The notes below the pieces were generated by a model. That model was not told where the DNA came from, searched no databases, and worked only from the letters and a program-made list of their open reading frames with translations. A DNA stretch of 43,579 nt from a virus (lineage: Duplodnaviria; Caudoviricetes): IMG/VR virus record IMGVR_UViG_3300010362_000007, positions 1 through 43,579 of that record. One strand, 5' to 3'. The number at the start of each line of letters is the position of its first letter. Positions within the stretch are counted from its first letter, which is position 1. Below are positions 1-7,863 of the stretch, piece after piece. The position numbers and the translations under genes are program-made.

Positions 1-123
1 CAGCTCGTGGTCATCCTCGAACTGGAAGGCCGCGTTGTCCATGTGAATGACGAGGGAGAAGTTCACCCTCCCTCGCCATCGTCCAGCCGGTCCTCGATCT
101 CAGCCAGCCGCGATTCGAGACGA
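1..123. repeat. Terminal direct repeat / circular assembly overlap (copy 1)
   Basis: Bases 1-123 are identical to 43457-43579, and the reading frames run through the junction; unit genome about 43456 bp. Confidence 0.95.
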
Positions 124-320
124 GTCGCCGCCTCCAAGATCATCCGCTGGGTATCGAGGACTTGATCTGCGAGGTGACGCTGTTCAGCGTCGAGCTGATC
201 GAACCGGGCGACCAGTGCCGTGTACAACGCCCCGATAGTGACCGGACCCGGCTCTGATCGCAGACGATCCTCGATCCGCTGGACCCGCTGTTCGAGTCGC
301 TCGATGCGGTCGTTGCTCAT
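63..320 (-). CDS. Hypothetical coiled-coil protein (early region)
   Basis: 85 aa heptad-like ORF; start/stop overlaps with both neighbours. Confidence 0.7.
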   Translation of the reverse strand: MSNDRIERLEQRVQRIEDRLRSEPGPVTIGALYTALVARFDQLDAEQRHLADQVLDTQRMILEAATRLESRLAEIEDRLDDGEGG

Positions 321-547
321 CGGATCACCTCGCCCTCAACAGTATCGATGACGTGGTACGTGTAGCTCCCCGCCGCATTGGCTTGGCGTTGCAGCGAACG
401 CCAGCGAGCGAGGATCGTGTCCCGGCTGTCAGAGCGGGCCTCGACCCGGAACTTGTCGTCCTGCCAGCGGTTGGACACGACCACGTACCGGCGTGCGCTG
501 GCGACGCGGACCTTGTGCCCTTCGGGCAGCGTGAAAGTCCCTTTCAC
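317..547 (-). CDS. Hypothetical protein
   Basis: 76 aa ORF with 4-bp overlaps on both sides. Confidence 0.7.
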   Translation of the reverse strand: MKGTFTLPEGHKVRVASARRYVVVSNRWQDDKFRVEARSDSRDTILARWRSLQRQANAAGSYTYHVIDTVEGEVIR

Positions 548-729
548 GACCCCACCCCGCTGGCTTTCAGGAAGCGGTCACGGTCGAACTGCTCGTTGTC
601 CTGTCGGAACAGGATGGCGAGGGCATGAGCGACCTGGACCACCGAGGCGCGGTACTCGTCGGATCGCGCCCCGTCGATGTGCTCGCGGAGCACGGTGGCA
701 ATAGCCACGTAGTGCTGTCGGGTGAACAT
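544..729 (-). CDS. Small phage hypothetical protein
   Basis: MFTRQHYVAIA...LFRQDNEQFDRDRFLKASG resembles a common small phage early protein; G-rich RBS upstream. Confidence 0.75.
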   Translation of the reverse strand: MFTRQHYVAIATVLREHIDGARSDEYRASVVQVAHALAILFRQDNEQFDRDRFLKASGVGS

Positions 730-739
730 GGCCCCCCCG

Positions 740-1045
740 TCAGGACTGCGCCGCGGCGGCGATGAGGAACAGCAGGAACGTGCCTGCTCCGACCAGTCCG
801 AGCACCAGACCGGCGATGGCCATGCCCTTGCCGGTCTGCCTCACGGCGTGACCAGTCGAGGCCAGACGTTCGGACTCGTTGATCTGCTTGATCGCGATCC
901 CGCCGAAGATGATGGCGAGCAGCGATCCGATCCACCAGATCCACACGATGCCGAGCACCATCGAGGCGATGGCGAGACCGTTGGTCTTGGTCAGCGGTGG
1001 CATGTAGCCGTACGGTTGGGGTTGGGGTGGGTAGTTGGGTTGCAT
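740..1045 (-). CDS. DUF4190-like membrane protein
   Basis: Pro/Tyr-rich N-terminus, then TNGLAIASMVLGI..GSLLAIIFGGIA..QI and GKGMAIAGLVLG, the pattern of actinobacterial DUF4190 proteins. Confidence 0.8.
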   Translation of the reverse strand: MQPNYPPQPQPYGYMPPLTKTNGLAIASMVLGIVWIWWIGSLLAIIFGGIAIKQINESERLASTGHAVRQTGKGMAIAGLVLGLVGAGTFLLFLIAAAAQS

Positions 1046-1075
1046 TGGTGTTCTTTCTTCCTTGTTTGGTTGTTG

Positions 1076-1279
1076 TCACTGGCCCCGTCGTTGACGGGCT
1101 TGTTCACGCTCGCGCTGCCAGCGCTGCATATCGCGGCGTGCCTGGCGCTGAGGGTTCGACCCGCGGTCGAACCAGCCCCAGAACTTGGTGTTCAGTTGCA
1201 GCCTGACTGCGAGCAGGATCGCAGCCAGGATGATGCCGATGGGTAGGCCGATGATCCAGCCCAGTGTTTGTCCACTCAT
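1076..1279 (-). CDS. Single-pass membrane protein
   Basis: Start reassigned to ATG 1279 (GGAGG RBS); hydrophobic WIIGLPIGIILAAILLAV followed by a basic tail. Confidence 0.7.
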   Translation of the reverse strand: MSGQTLGWIIGLPIGIILAAILLAVRLQLNTKFWGWFDRGSNPQRQARRDMQRWQREREQARQRRGQ

Positions 1280-1334
1280 CGTCGTTCCTCCTGTGGCCGC
1301 ACTCTCATCGAGCGCAGCCGTTGTTTGGTTGATC

Positions 1335-1351
1335 TGAATCAGTCTGATTCG
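1335..1351. promoter_or_regulatory. Palindromic box TGAATC-N5-GATTCR
   Basis: TGAATC AGTCT GATTCG, intergenic. Confidence 0.75.
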
Positions 1352-1484
1352 TTGCAGGGTGAGGTGTCCACTTCGCCTTCGTCCAGTGCCCGGCGCAGTT
1401 TCTTTTTCATTGGTTGTTCCTCTTTGGGCCGCACCCTTTCGGGTACGGGTTGTTGTTGGTTGTTGCCCGTGACTCACAGGTGAG

Positions 1485-1820
1485 TCAGCGGATTTCTGTG
1501 ATCTCGAACTCGTCGGCCAGGTCGCGCATCCACGCGTCGAGCGTGCCTCCGTCGAGTCGGCCCAGGTCGAGGTTGAGCATGTTGGTGAACGCGTCGAGCA
1601 TCGGCACGGTGATGTGCTCGCGGCCGTAGCCGCTGACCGCTTCGTCCGGGTTGTGCGCGAACCAGCTGCTGATGGCTCGGGCCATGTCGAGGATGATCTG
1701 CTCGGCTGGTGTCACCGCGCCGCGCTCGGTGTAGTCCGCGACCGCCATGTTGTGTCGGACGGCCCACGGCTCCGTCTGCCACTTGCGATTGACGTGCAGG
1801 GCTTGGGGTAGTGCTTTCAT
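1485..1820 (-). CDS. Hypothetical protein
   Basis: Start at ATG 1820 (MKALPQ...) after an AAAGGA RBS; 111 aa. Confidence 0.7.
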   Translation of the reverse strand: MKALPQALHVNRKWQTEPWAVRHNMAVADYTERGAVTPAEQIILDMARAISSWFAHNPDEAVSGYGREHITVPMLDAFTNMLNLDLGRLDGGTLDAWMRDLADEFEITEIR

Positions 1821-1851
1821 TGGTTGTTCCTTTCGTTGGTTGACTGAGGAT

Positions 1852-2376
1852 TCAGTCGTTGGTGCCGACGTGGACCAGGCGTCCACATTTCTCGCAGTAC
1901 ACGGAGTAGTCGGGCCAGTCGCCACCGACCGACTCGATGTCACGGGTGTACCCCTCGTCGTCCACGAACCGCGTGTTGGGCTGGGCCGGGATGTGACCGA
2001 GCGAGCAGTAGTACTCGATGTCGCTCCTGTCGGTGCCGATCCAGACCGAGCCGTCCTCACCGTCGTACACGCGGATGATGCCGCGCTCGTAGCTGTCGTA
2101 GCTGCGAGCGTCGTCGTCGCGGTACGCGCTGCCGAGGATCACTTGGTGCGGGTTGTCCACGCCGTGCTTGGCCGGGTCGTAACCCACCGGGTGACGCAGG
2201 AAGTCATCGAGCGCGTCCAGCTCGAAGCGTTCCTCGTCGGTGGCGTTGCGCAGGCATCCGGCTATCTCACCGAACACACCCGAGGTGATGGTGCCCGACG
2301 ACGAGAAGGCGTACAGCGCGCTGTTCTGTCCACCGTGCCAGAAGCTGGCGATCTCGCGGGCCTGGTTGATGTGCAT
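1852..2376 (-). CDS. Hypothetical protein with C-terminal CxxC
   Basis: 174 aa ORF; A/C-rich leader; YCEKCG near the C-terminus. Confidence 0.7.
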   Translation of the reverse strand: MHINQAREIASFWHGGQNSALYAFSSSGTITSGVFGEIAGCLRNATDEERFELDALDDFLRHPVGYDPAKHGVDNPHQVILGSAYRDDDARSYDSYERGIIRVYDGEDGSVWIGTDRSDIEYYCSLGHIPAQPNTRFVDDEGYTRDIESVGGDWPDYSVYCEKCGRLVHVGTND

Positions 2377-2407
2377 GTTGGTTCCGTTTCGTTGTTTGGT
2401 TGGTTGG

Positions 2408-2424
2408 TGAATCAGAGTGATTCA
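2408..2424. promoter_or_regulatory. Palindromic box
   Basis: TGAATC AGAGT GATTCA; contains the TGA stop of the minus-strand gene ending at 2422. Confidence 0.8.
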
Positions 2425-2751
2425 GGACTGGCCGTTCAGCTCATCGAGGCTGATGCCCCAGACCATGCACCAGTCGGGGTGGGCGAACAGGCGACCACGC
2501 CGACGACAGTGCGGGCAGGGCTGACGGTTCTGGAAGGCGGCGATCACCTCGCCGCGATGGATGCGGCCCACGTTGCGGTAGTGGATCGCGTCGCGCATCA
2601 TGCGCTTGACCCCGCCGTAGTGGTTGACCGCTTCGGAGCTGTAGTTGCGCCCGGCCTTGAAGGCCTCGATGCACGCCTGCGCCTCGGAGCGGGACAGGAT
2701 GCCCTGGCGAGTGAGCGCGTTGATGAGCCGGGGGTAATTCTTGGCGCTCAT
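2422..2751 (-). CDS. Hypothetical protein with CxxC
   Basis: Start MSAKNY at 2751, overlapping the upstream stop; PCPHC motif. Confidence 0.7.
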   Translation of the reverse strand: MSAKNYPRLINALTRQGILSRSEAQACIEAFKAGRNYSSEAVNHYGGVKRMMRDAIHYRNVGRIHRGEVIAAFQNRQPCPHCRRRGRLFAHPDWCMVWGISLDELNGQS

Positions 2752-3008
2752 CAGTAGTCCACGTTCCTGCACAGGGTGCCGACCAGGACTCCGCCCATGT
2801 CGTCACACACCCGCTCGGTGTGATGGTCGGTCCAGCGCGATGGCATGGTGACGACGAGACGCTGTGGCGGGCGCACGTCGCATCCGGGGGTGTGTCCATA
2901 CCGGACGGTGACCACGCGGCCCGTACAGGGCGCTACAGGGGCCTCTGCGGCCATTGTGCGCCCACATCCGGTGAGCGCAGCGAACAGGACGATGATGATG
3001 GCTTTCAT
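2751..3008 (-). CDS. Putative lipoprotein
   Basis: MKAIIIVLFAALTG-C signal peptide with lipobox; four further Cys. Confidence 0.7.
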   Translation of the reverse strand: MKAIIIVLFAALTGCGRTMAAEAPVAPCTGRVVTVRYGHTPGCDVRPPQRLVVTMPSRWTDHHTERVCDDMGGVLVGTLCRNVDY

Positions 3009-3048
3009 GGTGGTTGGCTTTCGTTGGTTGGTTGGTTGGTGGTTGGAC

Positions 3049-3065
3049 TGAATCAGATCGATTCA
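3049..3065. promoter_or_regulatory. Palindromic box
   Basis: TGAATC AGATC GATTCA; includes the stop codon of the gene at 3063-3227. Confidence 0.8.
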
Positions 3066-3227
3066 GGCGATGGCCCCGTTGCGGCCGACGTAGTGGCCGA
3101 TGGAGTAGGCGATGTTCCAAGTCAGGGACTGGGCCAGTCGCCGCGGGTTGCCGTGCATCCCACGGCTGTAGGCATCGGGGTGACGACGGATCGCGTCACG
3201 GGCCTGGATGGTTGTGATATTGGGCAT
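3063..3227 (-). CDS. Small hypothetical protein
   Basis: MPNITTIQ... 54 aa after a GAAAGG RBS. Confidence 0.55.
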   Translation of the reverse strand: MPNITTIQARDAIRRHPDAYSRGMHGNPRRLAQSLTWNIAYSIGHYVGRNGAIA

Positions 3228-3315
3228 GTCTGCCTTTCCGCCTGGCCCATTGCGCCAGGCACTGCTCGCCCTGGTGGGCGACCACACTCGGTGTGAGCGT
3301 GGATTTGATGGCCCG

Positions 3316-3332
3316 TGAATCAGGTTGATTCA
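3316..3332. promoter_or_regulatory. Palindromic box
   Basis: TGAATC AGGTT GATTCA with extended CCCG/CGGG flanks. Confidence 0.8.
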
Positions 3333-3465
3333 CGGGGTCGGGACCGATGTTGGTACCGACATGGCAACAGCCCGACCTCAGGCAAGGAGGACACCTGAGA
3401 TCGGGCTGTGTGTATGTCAGTGCCACCACGTCGCGGTGGATGATGGAAAGCCTGTTGGCGGGGGT

Positions 3466-4020
3466 TCAGGCTGCTTTGGTGATCGGGGTGACCTTGCGCT
3501 GCAGCTTGACCGTGGACAGGGCCGCGATCAGCGCGTCGAGCTGGGCATCGGTCATGCCCTTGGTGACCCGGGTGGCCAGCTTGGTCGCATCGAACGCGGC
3601 CGGAGCCTTCTTGGTGCCAGTGTCGGTCAGTGCCGTATACAGGCCCGAGAGCTTGATCTCCCGACCCTGGGCCGCGCACTGGGCGACGTAGGCGTCACCC
3701 TTGGCCACCCGAGTCCTCTCGGGCATGGTGCGGCAGATGTCCGCAATCTTGATCGCCCGCTGCACCTTGGAGTTGTACTTGGTGTCGCTGATGACCACAC
3801 CCCGCATGTACTTGGGGCGCTTGGCATTGGGAATCGCGTTGTACTGCTCGGCCAGCACTCGGGCGAACTCCCGAGTACTGGGGTTGCCCGCTTCCACAAC
3901 GGCGTTGTTCCACAGGACCGCGGTCTCGATTGCCTTGTCGAGACTGTCGATACTGTTCGCCACGTCCCCTTCCACCAGGGCAGCAACGTTGGTGATGATG
4001 ATGTTCGTGTTCTCAGGCAT
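3466..4020 (-). CDS. Hypothetical protein (first gene of the leftward early operon)
   Basis: MPENTNII... 184 aa after a GGAG RBS; Ala/Lys/Thr-rich C-terminus. Confidence 0.7.
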   Translation of the reverse strand: MPENTNIIITNVAALVEGDVANSIDSLDKAIETAVLWNNAVVEAGNPSTREFARVLAEQYNAIPNAKRPKYMRGVVISDTKYNSKVQRAIKIADICRTMPERTRVAKGDAYVAQCAAQGREIKLSGLYTALTDTGTKKAPAAFDATKLATRVTKGMTDAQLDALIAALSTVKLQRKVTPITKAA

Positions 4021-4041
4021 GACGCCTGCTCTCCGTTTCCG

Positions 4042-4058
4042 TGAATCGGTTTGATTCA
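4042..4058. promoter_or_regulatory. Palindromic box
   Basis: TGAATC GGTTT GATTCA just upstream of the early gene at 4020. Confidence 0.8.
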
Positions 4059-4206
4059 CACTCCGAGAGACCATGCCCTACACCCCTGGTCCCTTAGCAC
4101 CAGGGTTGAATACGGTAGACGTAGGACTCCCCCTACATTGGCGTAGGGTTCTAGGTCTCATTGATTGGTATCACCTATAGGTATTGAGAGCGGATAGCTT
4201 CGCTGG

Positions 4207-4223
4207 TGAATCATTCTGATTCG
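4207..4223. promoter_or_regulatory. Palindromic box
   Basis: TGAATC ATTCT GATTCG flanked by GCTGG/CCAGC. Confidence 0.75.
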
Positions 4224-4351
4224 CCAGCTCAGCGAACAGATCCGCAGATCTATTCGCCCCCTCCCCACCCCCGGGGGCATGAGGGGGAGTGGTATATATA
4301 TATGGATGGATGCTTTCTTTTCGGTACTTACGTACTCAATTTCGCATTTGT

Positions 4352-4700
4352 GCATCCGATCACCTCAAAGAGGTTGATCGGATGCCTGGATCCATCCATG
4401 CGTCCGCGATGTGGACGCAGATCGGGCCTTCTTCGACCGCGGTCGCGGTCTCAGGAGTCCCGATGCTCGCATGTAGACCAGTCCCTGGGACCCTCCTGAC
4501 CGTTGTAGCCGTCACCGCAGGTCACGCTGTTCCATCGTGACCGCCCCGTCGTCCGTCGCCTCTACCCAGGTCGCCACGGAATCCCAGGCTTTCGCCATGC
4601 CGTGAGCTACGACTCGTACGGGGACTGAAGCCCCTCTCACCCCTGCGGGGTTCGGGCCACAGTCTCGGCGGCTGTGGGACCCCGGTGGGGGACCTCATTC
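4352..4700. ncRNA. Candidate structured non-coding RNA (family unknown)
   Basis: Chain of stems 4352-4385, 4399-4419 and 4421-4464; nested CAGTCCC/GGGACTG (4479/4627) and GTAGC/GCTAC (4505/4610) enclosing hairpins 4520-4542 and 4575-4604; further stem 4657-4677; no convincing ORF. Confidence 0.4.
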
Positions 4701-4738
4701 GGTGACGGGCGAGTAGGCCGGTGGTTGGCCGGTTATCT

Positions 4739-5089
4739 CTACTGGTCGTCTTGTCCCCCCATGTAATGGGCGCGCAGCGCCCGTTGCACGGCCTCGTGCA
4801 GCGGCATGCGTTCGCCCTCGGGGGCGAACACGTCCCCGGCCAGCTTGGACTGTTCGATGATCGGCTGTAGCTCTCTGCGCGCCCACATCTCTTCCGCCTG
4901 GGCGCGGTTGTTCGCCCCCTTCACGAAGCGGCCCCAACCACCGTTCGGGTTCGGCACGCTCGACCCAGCGACCCGGGTGTGGCCGCTGTCGTCGCGCACC
5001 AGCAGCTCCCCGCCCGGGTCTCTCATCAGTTCCGCGATGATGCTGTCGATCTCCGCGACCGACGCAGGCTCGCAGATGTGGTCGCTCAT
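4739..5089 (-). CDS. Hypothetical protein
   Basis: MSDHICEP... 116 aa; GGGGA RBS. Confidence 0.65.
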   Translation of the reverse strand: MSDHICEPASVAEIDSIIAELMRDPGGELLVRDDSGHTRVAGSSVPNPNGGWGRFVKGANNRAQAEEMWARRELQPIIEQSKLAGDVFAPEGERMPLHEAVQRALRAHYMGGQDDQ

Positions 5090-5114
5090 ACAGTCCCCAC
5101 TGTAAATGGGCTGG

Positions 5115-5372
5115 TCACTCCCCTCCACGCCCGAAAGGGTGTGGCAGCCCGTCCAGGGCTGGTAGATCAGGGATGTCTGGTAGCCACGGGTTCTCGGCGT
5201 GGTCGAACCGTTCTCGCCACCAGGTGACGACGAACTCGATCTTGTCGTCCAGCTCGCCCATCCCGAACATCAAGATGCAGTCGGTGCAGTGACAGTCGTG
5301 GCGGTTCTGCGACCGCGGACACTTCCACGGCCCGTCAACAGGGCCGACCTCTTCAGCGAACGGGCACAGCAC
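5115..5372 (-). CDS. Small Cys/His-rich hypothetical protein
   Basis: GTG start after GGAGAGGAAGG; CPRSQNRHDCHCTDC motif. Confidence 0.6.
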   Translation of the reverse strand: MLCPFAEEVGPVDGPWKCPRSQNRHDCHCTDCILMFGMGELDDKIEFVVTWWRERFDHAENPWLPDIPDLPALDGLPHPFGRGGE

Positions 5373-5426
5373 ACTTGCCCCCTTCCTCTCCCTTTGCAGC
5401 CGCGGGTGGTAGCTGCATGTTAGCCC

Positions 5427-5434
5427 GGGGGACA
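5427..5434 (+). promoter_or_regulatory. Putative late-promoter element GGGGGACA
   Basis: 16 nt upstream of the terS GTG; same motif precedes 4 other late genes. Confidence 0.5.
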
Positions 5435-5450
5435 TATCGTCCTGTCTGTT

Positions 5451-5996
5451 GTGAGTGTGGGCCAGAAACAGGGTTCTGCAGGGCGAGGTGGAACCGGTCG
5501 TCAACCGGCTTGGAAGCACCCCGCCGAAGACCCCCGCAAAGTCCGGTTGATGGGCTGGTTGGCTACGCCTCCGGCATCGCGGCATCCACCGACTCGTCAA
5601 CAGCTGGCCACGGAGATCGGCGTGAGCCTGCGCACGTTGCAGTTGTGGATGTCCCAGCCCCAGTTCCGTGAGAGCTGGCAGGAGACAGCCGACTACGTGA
5701 TCGGGGACACCGAACGTGCTCGCCACATCCTCGATGAGCTGTACCGCGCCGCCGTCGATCCAGCCAACCGTCAGCAGGTGCAAGCGGCCAAGTTGTACCT
5801 GGAAGCGACCAAGGCGATCCAGCCCGGGGCGGTCCGCGTCGAGATGACCAAGCCCAAGGACATGACCGACGAAGAGCTGGACGCGCTGTTGGCCGAGGGT
5901 GCCGCGATCATGGCTGCCGAACGGACATTGGCCGACCATCCCGAGCCTGATTCAGCTTCACCGTGGCCTGCGCCTGATTCGCCCCGTCTGGGCTGA
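5451..5996 (+). CDS. terS: Terminase small subunit
   Basis: HTH (TRQQLATEIGVSLRTLQLW) and QVQAAKLYLE segment; overlaps terL by 1 bp. Confidence 0.8.
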   Translation: MSVGQKQGSAGRGGTGRQPAWKHPAEDPRKVRLMGWLATPPASRHPPTRQQLATEIGVSLRTLQLWMSQPQFRESWQETADYVIGDTERARHILDELYRAAVDPANRQQVQAAKLYLEATKAIQPGAVRVEMTKPKDMTDEELDALLAEGAAIMAAERTLADHPEPDSASPWPAPDSPRLG

Positions 5997-7612
5997 TGCC
6001 CCTGGAACTCGATCCGGCCACGTTCGAGGAACTGCGCCTCGAACGCGAATGGCGGCGTTGCGCGCCGAGCTGGGATCAGGATTCCGAGGTCCTGCTCGAA
6101 GCCTTCGACTACTTCTGTCGGACTTACTGGTCGATCCGTCACCCTGAACGGGGCAAGATCGCCTTCACCCTGCGCGAGAGTCAGATCGAGACCATCCAGA
6201 CCTGGCTCACCGAGCGTTACACCCTGGTGTTGAAAGCCCGCCAGATCGGCTTCTCCACGCTCATCGCCACCTACTGCTTCTGGCTCACTTTCTTCTACCC
6301 CGACCGGGCCGTGGTGATGATCTCCAAGACCGAACGCGAGGCGGCGAAGCTGTTGCAGCGGAGCAAGTACGGCTACCGCTTCTTGCCCGAGTGGATGAAG
6401 CTGCGGGGGCCGGTACGCGTGGAGAACACGCAGTCCAAGATCACCTTCTCCAACGAGTCCGGCATCGAGTCGCTGCCATCCGCGTCGGACCCCGGGCGTG
6501 GTGAGTCGGTGTTCTTGGTGGTGGTGGACGAGATCGCCTTCCTGCCCAACTCTGAAGAGGCGTACGCGGCCATCGAGCCGATTGCCGACATCGGCGGGCG
6601 GATCATCATGCTGGGCACGGCGCATGGCGAGGGCAACCTGTTCCACAAGCTGTGGGTCGGCTCCAAGGTGGGGGAGAACCGCTATTGCAGCCTGTTCTTC
6701 GGCTGGGACGCCGGGGACCGCGACGACCAATGGTATGAGCGCAAGAAGGCCGAGCTGCCCGCCTGGCAACTGGCCCAGGAGTACCCGTCGTCGGCCGAAG
6801 AGGCGTTCCTACGATCCGGTAATCCCGTGTTCGACATCGACGCTCTGGCCGAGATGCAGGCGGTCGAACCCAAAGCCCGAGGCTACTTGTGGGAGCCGCC
6901 CTCAGACCCGCTCACCTTTGTCCCCGATGGCGGGGCGCTGGCAGTGTGGGAGTTCCCCAAACCCAAGGTGGTCTACGTCATCGGTGCCGACGTGTCCGAG
7001 GGTCTGGAGCACGGGGACTATTCGTGCGCGGTGGTCCTGAACGTCAAGGACCACACGACCGCCGCCGTCTTCCACGCCCACATCGACGCCGACTTGTTTG
7101 GCAGCGACATCTTGGGCCTTCTCGGCCAGTGGTACAACACCGCCCTTGTCGGCGTCGAGTCCAACAACCACGGTCTCACCAGCCTGAAGGCGTTGCAGAA
7201 CGAGGGCTACCGCAACATCTACCGTCAACACCGCCAGGCCCAACGGTTCGAGCCGAAGACCGAGCTGTTGGGCTGGCGCACCACCATCGCCTCCAAAGCT
7301 CTGGCCATCGACGCCTTGGAGAAAGAGATCCGCGAACGCGATCTGTGGGTCCCCGACGCGGCCTCCATCGAAGAGCTGCGCCAGTTCGTGCGCGAGGGCA
7401 ACGGCCGGATGCACGGCTCGCCCTACGACGACCGCACGATGGCCTACGCCATCGCCGTGCAGATGCTGCGCTACGCCTGGCTTCCCGAGTACCGCATCGA
7501 TCAGAAGCCGGGGCCGGGGACGATGGGATGGTTCGTGGAGCGGATGTATCGCAAAGACAAGACGGTCAAACGCACCCCCATCGGCCAGCACTCGGTGCGC
7601 AGGCGGGCCTGA
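5996..7612 (+). CDS. terL: Terminase large subunit
   Basis: Walker A-like LKARQIGFST, Walker B VVVDEIAF, motif III GTAHG, nuclease YVIGADVSEG...DYS and DDRTMA. Confidence 0.97.
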   Translation: MPLELDPATFEELRLEREWRRCAPSWDQDSEVLLEAFDYFCRTYWSIRHPERGKIAFTLRESQIETIQTWLTERYTLVLKARQIGFSTLIATYCFWLTFFYPDRAVVMISKTEREAAKLLQRSKYGYRFLPEWMKLRGPVRVENTQSKITFSNESGIESLPSASDPGRGESVFLVVVDEIAFLPNSEEAYAAIEPIADIGGRIIMLGTAHGEGNLFHKLWVGSKVGENRYCSLFFGWDAGDRDDQWYERKKAELPAWQLAQEYPSSAEEAFLRSGNPVFDIDALAEMQAVEPKARGYLWEPPSDPLTFVPDGGALAVWEFPKPKVVYVIGADVSEGLEHGDYSCAVVLNVKDHTTAAVFHAHIDADLFGSDILGLLGQWYNTALVGVESNNHGLTSLKALQNEGYRNIYRQHRQAQRFEPKTELLGWRTTIASKALAIDALEKEIRERDLWVPDAASIEELRQFVREGNGRMHGSPYDDRTMAYAIAVQMLRYAWLPEYRIDQKPGPGTMGWFVERMYRKDKTVKRTPIGQHSVRRRA

Positions 7613-7626
7613 ATCATTCCGATTCA
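7610..7626. promoter_or_regulatory. Palindromic box
   Basis: TGAATC ATTCC GATTCA; its TGA is the terL stop; GGGGGACA follows at 7635. Confidence 0.8.
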
Positions 7627-7656
7627 CGACGACGGGGGGACAATCCGCTGCGTTAG

Positions 7657-7863
7657 GTGATGGGTTGCAATCGATGCGGCCGGATCGATGTGCCGCTTCG
7701 CCGTGATGGCGAATGCTTTCGTTGTCACTGCCAGGGAGTCGGATTCACGTTCACCGGCCCTCGCTACGGACGGGCCTCGTTCCACGACGAGACGAGGGCC
7801 GAGTTCCTGGCCGAGAACGTGGGCGTCGAACGGATCCGCTCCGGCCAAGTCGAGCGCGCGTAA
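7657..7863 (+). CDS. Small zinc-binding protein
   Basis: CNRC and CFRC motifs; lies between terL and portal. Confidence 0.7.
   Translation: MMGCNRCGRIDVPLRRDGECFRCHCQGVGFTFTGPRYGRASFHDETRAEFLAENVGVERIRSGQVERA

Noticed and set aside
1-123. 123-bp terminal repeat as a biological DTR
   Set aside because: It falls within coding sequence of the early operon and is more simply an assembly overlap of a circular or permuted genome
1470-1487. TGACTCAC-AG-GTGAGTCA (and GACTGA-GGAT-TCAGTC near 1842) as members of the main box family
   Set aside because: Palindromic, but arm sequence and spacing differ from TGAATC-N5-GATTCA; not counted
1335-4223. Clustered TGAATC..GATTCA repeats as a CRISPR array or integron attC sites
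   Set aside because: Spacing is irregular (150 to over 1000 bp), whole genes lie between copies, the central bases vary, and no cas or integron-integrase features are seen
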